Shown here piece by piece: positions 58,603-64,000 of a stretch of DNA of 64,000 nucleotides. The stretch lies in NCBI GenBank assembly GCA_045635825.1, contig JAZTWM010000006.1, positions 12,265 through 76,264 on the forward strand, read 5' to 3'. Both the position numbers and the translations under genes were made by a program. The stretch comes from Candidatus Enterousia sp. (GTDB lineage: Bacteria; Pseudomonadota; Alphaproteobacteria; Rs-D84). Under the pieces are notes generated by a model. The model saw only the letters and a program-made list of their open reading frames with translations. It did not search any database and was not told the DNA's origin. Each line of letters starts with the position of its first letter. The first letter of the stretch is position 1.

Positions 58603-59436
58603 ATGAAACACGATAAAATCAGTTTTGCGATTAAGGTGACCAATTGGTGCAATTTAAAGTGCGCGCACTGTTGCGAAAACAGTGGTCCACGTGTTATGCC
58701 CAACTTAATGCCTGTGGCCAAGGTTGAAAAGTATATTGGCGAATTTAAGGCAATGCCATTGTCAAAATGGAATCATTTAGTGTTTACGGGTGGTGAAGCA
58801 ATGGCACCCTATTTCCTGCATAATAACGAATATATGCCGCACTGCTTGTCTATGGCGGGAAATGCAGGTATGTATCCTTTTGTAAAAACAAATGGTATAT
58901 GGGGGGCAGACGAAGCCTTGCGTCATCGTATATTACAGGATTGTGCCAATGTGGCAGAAAAAAATGGAAAAATGACCTCGCTGGATATTTCTGTTGACGA
59001 GTTTCATAAAAACGTGCCTGCCGTTGCCCAGATTATTGTGGATATTGCCAGCAGTGACTATCTAGCACGTCGTGTGCGTGTTTCAATTTGTGGATTGGAT
59101 ACAATCAAATCACATGCACAGTTTAATTATTTAATCGCATATTTAAAATCACGTAACGTGCATGTGTTCCCATGCGAACACGACTTTATCGCGGCATTGG
59201 GTACGGTTGGAACACGTGTGTTGTTTGATTTCAGTACGCCTGTTGCCAGAATGGGACGTGCAAAAACCAAGGGTATGGGCGAGACCATCCCCGATGGTGC
59301 AACAGATAGTGTTTTGGGGAATTGTCTGCAGATAGATAATGATGATATTGCAACATTAAACTATTATCACAAGACACCGGTTAATGGGCGACCTGTTTTT
59401 GATGTGGCGCGTGAATTATTGTTAAAGGTTAGATAA
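58603..59436 (+). CDS. Radical SAM enzyme (CxxxCxxC: NWCNLKCAHCC; GGE SAM-binding motif FTGGEAM), no SPASM domain
   Basis: CNLKCAHC at residues 21-28 and TGGEA ~50 aa later; 277 aa; starts 3 nt after the HNH gene stop. Confidence 0.65.
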   Translation: MKHDKISFAIKVTNWCNLKCAHCCENSGPRVMPNLMPVAKVEKYIGEFKAMPLSKWNHLVFTGGEAMAPYFLHNNEYMPHCLSMAGNAGMYPFVKTNGIWGADEALRHRILQDCANVAEKNGKMTSLDISVDEFHKNVPAVAQIIVDIASSDYLARRVRVSICGLDTIKSHAQFNYLIAYLKSRNVHVFPCEHDFIAALGTVGTRVLFDFSTPVARMGRAKTKGMGETIPDGATDSVLGNCLQIDNDDIATLNYYHKTPVNGRPVFDVARELLLKVR

Positions 59437-59437
59437 A

Positions 59438-60250
59438 ATGCCAAAAAGAATACCAGATGATGAATTGACGCCAGAACAGTTGGCGAAACGTGAAAAACGC
59501 AGACGCTATTTGGCGGAAAATCGCGAAAGGATTAGTGCACAAAGACGTGATTACTATATGCGTAATGCGGAAAAAATACGTGAACGTTCACGCTTGAATA
59601 TGCGTGCCATGTCAACCGAAGAACGCAGAATCAAGGATAGGAAGTATCGTGAAAAGCATGGTGATGAAATTCGTGCCAGAAAAAAACAGCGTTATCTGGA
59701 AACGGCCGAGGTTTGCAAGGCACGTTCTAAGCGGTATTATGCAGGATTGACCCCAGAACAGAAAAAAGAACGTGTGGCCGCCAAACGTGGCAGTGCACAG
59801 GCATGGGTTGAAAGAAATATTGAACAGGTGCAGGCTGCACGACATCGTTATTATGAAGCCCATCGTGAGAAAAAATTGGCGTATGGTGCGAAGTATATTG
59901 AAGAACACATAGATGAATTGCATGCAAAATCGGCCCAGGTGCGTCGTGAAAAAACAGATGCACGTAAAATGTGTCCGGCGTTTCGCTTTACAGAATATCT
60001 GCGATTAAAAGAAAATGCACGTTTTGTTGCAGTGTATCGTCCGCAAACAAACCTGGCACACAAGGCGGCCAAGACATGTGTGGCGATTCAAAATGCAGAC
60101 TATTCATTGTGTCCAATTTGTTCTAATCCAAGAATTGCCGGGGATAAGATGGTGGCGACCTGCCCTATGCCGCATGTGTTCGAATTTGATGATGCCGTTC
60201 AGCAAATTCGCAATTTCGCAAAACAGATTGTCGCAGAAAATAAAAGATAA
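59438..60250 (+). CDS. Highly basic repeat protein (three ~30-aa R..RYY..N.EK/R repeats) with a C-terminal 4-Cys cluster (CPICSNP..ATCPMPH)
   Basis: Low-complexity R/K/E-rich repeats seen in translation; starts 2 nt after the radical SAM gene stop. Confidence 0.5.
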   Translation: MPKRIPDDELTPEQLAKREKRRRYLAENRERISAQRRDYYMRNAEKIRERSRLNMRAMSTEERRIKDRKYREKHGDEIRARKKQRYLETAEVCKARSKRYYAGLTPEQKKERVAAKRGSAQAWVERNIEQVQAARHRYYEAHREKKLAYGAKYIEEHIDELHAKSAQVRREKTDARKMCPAFRFTEYLRLKENARFVAVYRPQTNLAHKAAKTCVAIQNADYSLCPICSNPRIAGDKMVATCPMPHVFEFDDAVQQIRNFAKQIVAENKR

Positions 60251-60261
60251 TAGGATAAAAA

Positions 60262-61491
60262 ATGGATAAAAAGTTAGTGAAGTTCAATTTGGCGGATGAG
60301 ATTAAATCTGAGGCACCAGCGGGGTATGTAGAATCGTTGGAAAAATTAGTTAATGATATCGTGATTCCACGTGAGTTGGAAAAGATGTGCACCCAAGAAG
60401 GTCGTGTGTACAACCATAGTTTTGCAGATTATCAAAAATTGGCACGTGATATTTGGGGTGATACAATATCTGTCACGATAAAAAATGCCCCACATAGGGT
60501 TTTGTGTGGATCTGTGGGCAGTGCAAATCATCAAAATGCAGGTTATCATACATATTGGCGATTGATTGCCGATGATGGTACGCATTCTTATCAGGCACAA
60601 GAACAACATTGTGCGGCCGAATGTATATGTAAAGAGTTGCAAGTATTTGCAAATCAAAATAACGGCAGATTGCAATGGTTGGTTAAGAGTTTGTTGGCAA
60701 AACAAATCGGTTATCAGGCATTGCGTCAAAAAATGGGGTTACAGTCTTTGCATTTAGGGGCAGACGATGAAATAAAATCGATTTATAATATTAAGAAAGG
60801 GGCAACGATTTCTGGGGACGCAATGTTGGTTAATGATGTGTTCTTGAATACTTCGTGGGATAATCAGATGCGTCGAATTGCGGACAAGGTGTCGTATGGA
60901 TTGCGTGCGTTGGCACCCTTGTTGTGTGATGGTTCTGTAATTGATGGCGATAGCAGTAAAAATTGTATTTTTGTTAGTCATCCAAGCCTTAGATGTGGGG
61001 AAGATATTGTGGGTTCCTCTTATTATAAGCATAATGTGGATCATTGTTTGTATCGTAAGAATTGTTTGCTTGATCCGGGTGTGCATGAATTGGCAAGAAT
61101 CATAAATAATAAGATTGAGTTTGGTCGTAGATTGCGTGGTAGCGGTAATGTGGTCGAAACTGAACCTGTTATGCCGGGGGTAACGGGTGCAAAAAATCAT
61201 AGCGATGTTTATGATAATGTAGTGACTTCTACGCCAGAACCATGTGTTCGGTTTCCTTTCCTGCAAAATGGAAATAAAACTTTAATATGGGCGGGGGTTA
61301 CATGCGTTTCATTTGCTGGATTTTTGATGTGTGTTTCATTGGCAAAGCGGTGTGCCGAAGAATTGGTGGCCGAGAGAGAAAAATCACATAAAAAGGAAAT
61401 CGTGATAGATAGGCCAGATTCTGTACATAATCAGCGTGGTGATATTGAATGGCATAATGTATCAAATGCACGTAATGGACACAGCAGATAG
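60262..61491 (+). CDS. Hypothetical protein (409 aa), paralog A of a tandem pair; N-terminal ~75 aa almost identical to paralog B
   Basis: MDKKLVKFNLADEIKS..AGYVESLEKLVNDIVIPRELEKMC..; internal LLCDGSVIDGDSSKNCIFVSHPS motif. Confidence 0.55.
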   Translation: MDKKLVKFNLADEIKSEAPAGYVESLEKLVNDIVIPRELEKMCTQEGRVYNHSFADYQKLARDIWGDTISVTIKNAPHRVLCGSVGSANHQNAGYHTYWRLIADDGTHSYQAQEQHCAAECICKELQVFANQNNGRLQWLVKSLLAKQIGYQALRQKMGLQSLHLGADDEIKSIYNIKKGATISGDAMLVNDVFLNTSWDNQMRRIADKVSYGLRALAPLLCDGSVIDGDSSKNCIFVSHPSLRCGEDIVGSSYYKHNVDHCLYRKNCLLDPGVHELARIINNKIEFGRRLRGSGNVVETEPVMPGVTGAKNHSDVYDNVVTSTPEPCVRFPFLQNGNKTLIWAGVTCVSFAGFLMCVSLAKRCAEELVAEREKSHKKEIVIDRPDSVHNQRGDIEWHNVSNARNGHSR

Positions 61492-61522
61492 TGGCAGAAA
61501 ATCAAAGATAATAGGATAAAAA

Positions 61523-62800
61523 ATGGATAAAAAGTTAGTGAAGTTCAGTTTAGCGGACGGTATTAAATCTCTGGCACCAGCGGGGTATGTAGAATCGCTG
61601 GAAAACTTAGTTAATGATATCGTGATTCCACGTGAGTTAGAAAAGATGTGCGCCCAAGAAGGCCGTGTGTACAATTATAATTTTGCAGATTATCAAAAAA
61701 TGGCACGTGATATTTGGGGTGATACAAAGCTTGTTCGTCTTGTTGTGGGTACTGATGAGTATTATCTGTCGTCGATTGGTGGATTTGGTCATGAAGGGTT
61801 TGGTGGACGCTATACAGAAGAAGTGTTGAACGCAGATGTTGATGGTGTTGTTTATCAGGCCCAGGAACAGGATTTGCCATGGGGCTTTGATAAGTGGCCA
61901 GCAAGGTTAAAGAGATTTGCAAATAAAGATAATCCCAGATTAAGATGGTTGGTTAAGCATTTGTTGGTACAGCAACCAGGATATAAGGAATTGCGTAAAA
62001 AAATGGGGCTGAGTTATGTGTTTTTGGGGGCGATAGATGAATTCAAGGCAATTTATAATGTGCAAAATGGTGGTTATGTTGATTCAAGTGTGCAGAGTGT
62101 TTTTGCGTCAATGATGGATCAGGACCCTTATTACAGAAAATGCAGGCCAGATGTAATTGAAAAATTAGAAATCCAACTGCGTAAATTGGCATCGTTGTTG
62201 TGTGATGGTTCGGTAATTGAGGGCGATGCAAGCAAGAATTGGATTTATGTGGACCACCCTAGTTTCCATAGTCCCTTCTCTTTGATTGGTAGATCGTACA
62301 CTAAATATTCTGTGTATGGTGCGTTGTATGATTATAATACGTTTATGCACTATGGTTCTGATCCGGCTCGTGTGGCCCGTGAAGTAAATAATATTGTTGA
62401 TTATAACAGAGTAGCTAATGGAGTGATGGCGTCTGAGCCACCGGTGCGACCTGTGAAGGGTGTAAAAATTCACAGCGATGTGTACGATGTTGTTGAAGGA
62501 TTGAAAACGGAATCTTTGGTTAAGGATTTGCGTACCTTGGCATCAAAGTTGGATGGCGATGCGGTTTTGGGTGCCGATAAGACAACAAATCATGTTTTTG
62601 TAGATCATCCATCTTTTAAGTATGGCCCAGAATCTGTCTTGGGTGTGGCGAATTATAAATTACCAGCTTCATCCGTTGTTGGGGGTATGAACCGTATCGC
62701 ACGTGCCGGTGGTGTGGATGGGTTTGCGAATGAAATGAATAACAGAATTGCATTCTATAAAAAATTGAAACTGAATCAGACAAATACAAAACAAAGATAG
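61523..62800 (+). CDS. Hypothetical protein (425 aa), paralog B; contains two copies of a KN.I(F/Y)VDHPSF motif
   Basis: Near-identical 5' 240 bp to 60262 gene including 20 bp upstream; then diverged. Confidence 0.55.
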   Translation: MDKKLVKFSLADGIKSLAPAGYVESLENLVNDIVIPRELEKMCAQEGRVYNYNFADYQKMARDIWGDTKLVRLVVGTDEYYLSSIGGFGHEGFGGRYTEEVLNADVDGVVYQAQEQDLPWGFDKWPARLKRFANKDNPRLRWLVKHLLVQQPGYKELRKKMGLSYVFLGAIDEFKAIYNVQNGGYVDSSVQSVFASMMDQDPYYRKCRPDVIEKLEIQLRKLASLLCDGSVIEGDASKNWIYVDHPSFHSPFSLIGRSYTKYSVYGALYDYNTFMHYGSDPARVAREVNNIVDYNRVANGVMASEPPVRPVKGVKIHSDVYDVVEGLKTESLVKDLRTLASKLDGDAVLGADKTTNHVFVDHPSFKYGPESVLGVANYKLPASSVVGGMNRIARAGGVDGFANEMNNRIAFYKKLKLNQTNTKQR

Positions 62801-62859
62801 CAAAAAAACATACTGGACATGGGGTGGATTTTGGTGTATCATCTGCCCTGTCCTTATCT

Positions 62860-62933
62860 GCGGGCGTGGTATAATGGTAGCACGTCAGCTTCCCAAGCTG
62901 AAGACGAGGGTTCGATTCCCTTCGCCCGCACCA
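62860..62933 (+). tRNA. tRNA-Gly (anticodon CCC), CCA encoded
   Basis: GCGGGCG acceptor, anticodon loop TTCCCAA, AGGGTTCGATTCCCT T-arm. Confidence 0.85.
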
Positions 62934-63025
62934 TCCGCCTTCGCTTAGCGCTGCGGCGCGATTTGCGGCGCAACGGTTAGAGAAGTGGATGCTGCGCCAA
63001 AATGAAATGGAGGCGAGCTGATATT

Positions 63026-63265
63026 ATGTTCTATGTGTATATTTTGCAGTCGCAAATTTTTCCAGACAGATTTTATATTGGTTATACGGCGGATTTAAAG
63101 CGAAGGTTGTATGAACACAATAATGGATTGTCAGTACATACAAAGAAATATAAACCATGGTATTTGAAGAATTATGTCGCTTTTCAAGATGAGGAAAAGG
63201 CCAGACGTTTTGAACGGTATCTTAAAACAGGCAGTGGACGGCGTTTTGTAAAGCAACATTTGTGA
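63026..63265 (+). CDS. Small GIY-YIG nuclease-domain protein
   Basis: FYVYIL.....YIGYTADLKRRLYEHN: GIY-YIG catalytic motif; ~80 aa stand-alone form. Confidence 0.65.
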   Translation: MFYVYILQSQIFPDRFYIGYTADLKRRLYEHNNGLSVHTKKYKPWYLKNYVAFQDEEKARRFERYLKTGSGRRFVKQHL

Positions 63266-63294
63266 TGCTTCGTGTGGCACAGCCATAAAATTCA

Positions 63295-63320
63295 GCCGAC
63301 CCTTTGCGGTCGGTTTTTTA
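63295..63320 (+). terminator. Rho-independent terminator (ccgaccctttgcggtcgg + TTTTTT)
   Basis: Perfect 6-bp GC stem + T-run. Confidence 0.55.
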
Positions 63321-63399
63321 TTCTTAAAGTTGGTTGATATATAATTTTCTTCGTGGCATACTGTGGGTATGGAATCTTTTTTAGCATAGGGGATTTATT

Positions 63400-64000
63400 A
63401 TGAATATTATTTCTGTGGATACCAAACCGTTTGATAATCAAAAACCAGGAACTGGGGGGCTAAGAAAACAAACATCTGTTTTTATGGCCCCTAATTTTTT
63501 AGAAAACTTTATTCAGTCAGCCATAAATGCCAGAACTGTTGATGGTACGACTTTGCGGACGTGGGTCGTTGGTGGGGATGGCAGATATCCAGGGATGCAA
63601 TTCTTGCCAAAGATTATCAAGATATTGGTTGCAAATGGTGTGGAAAAGATTTTAGTCGTGGGACGTGATTTGGTTGCCCCAACACCTGCAATTTCACATA
63701 TTATACGCAAGTATAAGGCAGACGGTGGATTTATTTTGTCGGCATCGCATAATCCGGCCGGCCAAAATGGGGACTTTGGGGTCAAGGTGGAAATGGATAA
63801 TGGTGGTCAGGCAACGGAAAGTTTCACAAATGCATTGTATGAACAGACCAAGTCTATAACGCAATATAAAACATTGGACATCAGTGATTTAGAGGTTGGT
63901 GATTTGACGCAGGTTGAATATGTTGACCCGATTGCTGACTATGCGGATTTGTTGGAATCTATGTTTGATTTTGATGCGATACGTGCGTGGTTTGCCGATG
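63400..64000 (+). CDS. pgm: Phosphoglucomutase (alpha-D-phosphohexomutase family), N-terminal part, runs off window
   Basis: KPGTGGLRK and SASHNPAG (active-site phosphoserine loop TASHNP) motifs; no stop before the window end. Confidence 0.8.
   Translation, partial: MNIISVDTKPFDNQKPGTGGLRKQTSVFMAPNFLENFIQSAINARTVDGTTLRTWVVGGDGRYPGMQFLPKIIKILVANGVEKILVVGRDLVAPTPAISHIIRKYKADGGFILSASHNPAGQNGDFGVKVEMDNGGQATESFTNALYEQTKSITQYKTLDISDLEVGDLTQVEYVDPIADYADLLESMFDFDAIRAWFAD

Noticed and set aside
60754-61266. 170-aa minus-strand ORF inside paralog A, and similar antisense ORFs at 60165-60413 and 61462-61674
   Set aside because: They are antisense to the well-supported plus-strand paralogs. The 60165 and 61462 ORFs are paralogous only because the underlying plus-strand genes share their duplicated 5' ends.
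1-64000. Mobile elements (IS, transposase, integrase, phage structural genes)
   Set aside because: No transposase- or integrase-like or phage-like translation was found in any frame. The GH108 protein is secreted with a signal peptide and linker, so it is not a phage endolysin.

Overview
This 64 kb window looks like chromosomal DNA from a low-GC (~40%) alphaproteobacterium. The lineage call rests on GcrA, the ybgC-tolQ-tolR-tolA cluster, a RodZ-like protein, and five tRNA genes that all encode their 3' CCA. The backbone is housekeeping: leuS (partial), tlyA, tspO, rnhA, tkt, hisS, prfA, dusB, uvrA, rlmE, aroK, mscL, thyA, tig, rplM-rpsI, argS, an EnvZ/OmpR-type two-component pair, ruvB, tadA, rsmD, rplY, pfk and pgm (partial). 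Interspersed are many lineage-specific genes, mostly secreted cysteine-rich proteins and tandem paralog pairs with no recognisable function. I found no CRISPR array, transposase or integrase. The points most worth following up are: (1) a tight five-gene operon at 58166-62800, made up of an HNH nuclease, a radical-SAM enzyme, a basic RxxRYY-repeat protein with a Cys4 tail, and two large paralogs with near-identical 5' ends. It sits next to tRNA-Gly and a GIY-YIG gene, and I cannot assign it to any described system; (2) a 1 kb ORF-free, C-depleted GT-rich spacer at 25386-26436 that contains five ~59-bp tandem repeats; (3) a nine-gene co-directional array at 26437-34117, headed by a prepilin-peptidase-like gene and encoding secreted, Cys-rich and glycine-zipper proteins plus a GH108 muramidase; (4) a ~45-aa module (DFSFE..R..N..EGYKPYAG..SA....ES.E.Y) shared by three secreted proteins, including an M23 peptidase and the GH108 enzyme; (5) a free-standing SRP54 M-domain-only gene directly after uvrA; (6) an in-frame TGA-C stop inside what reads as one secreted/membrane protein; (7) several small paralog families. 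All functional calls are inferred from translated motifs that I recognise from memory; I ran no database search.
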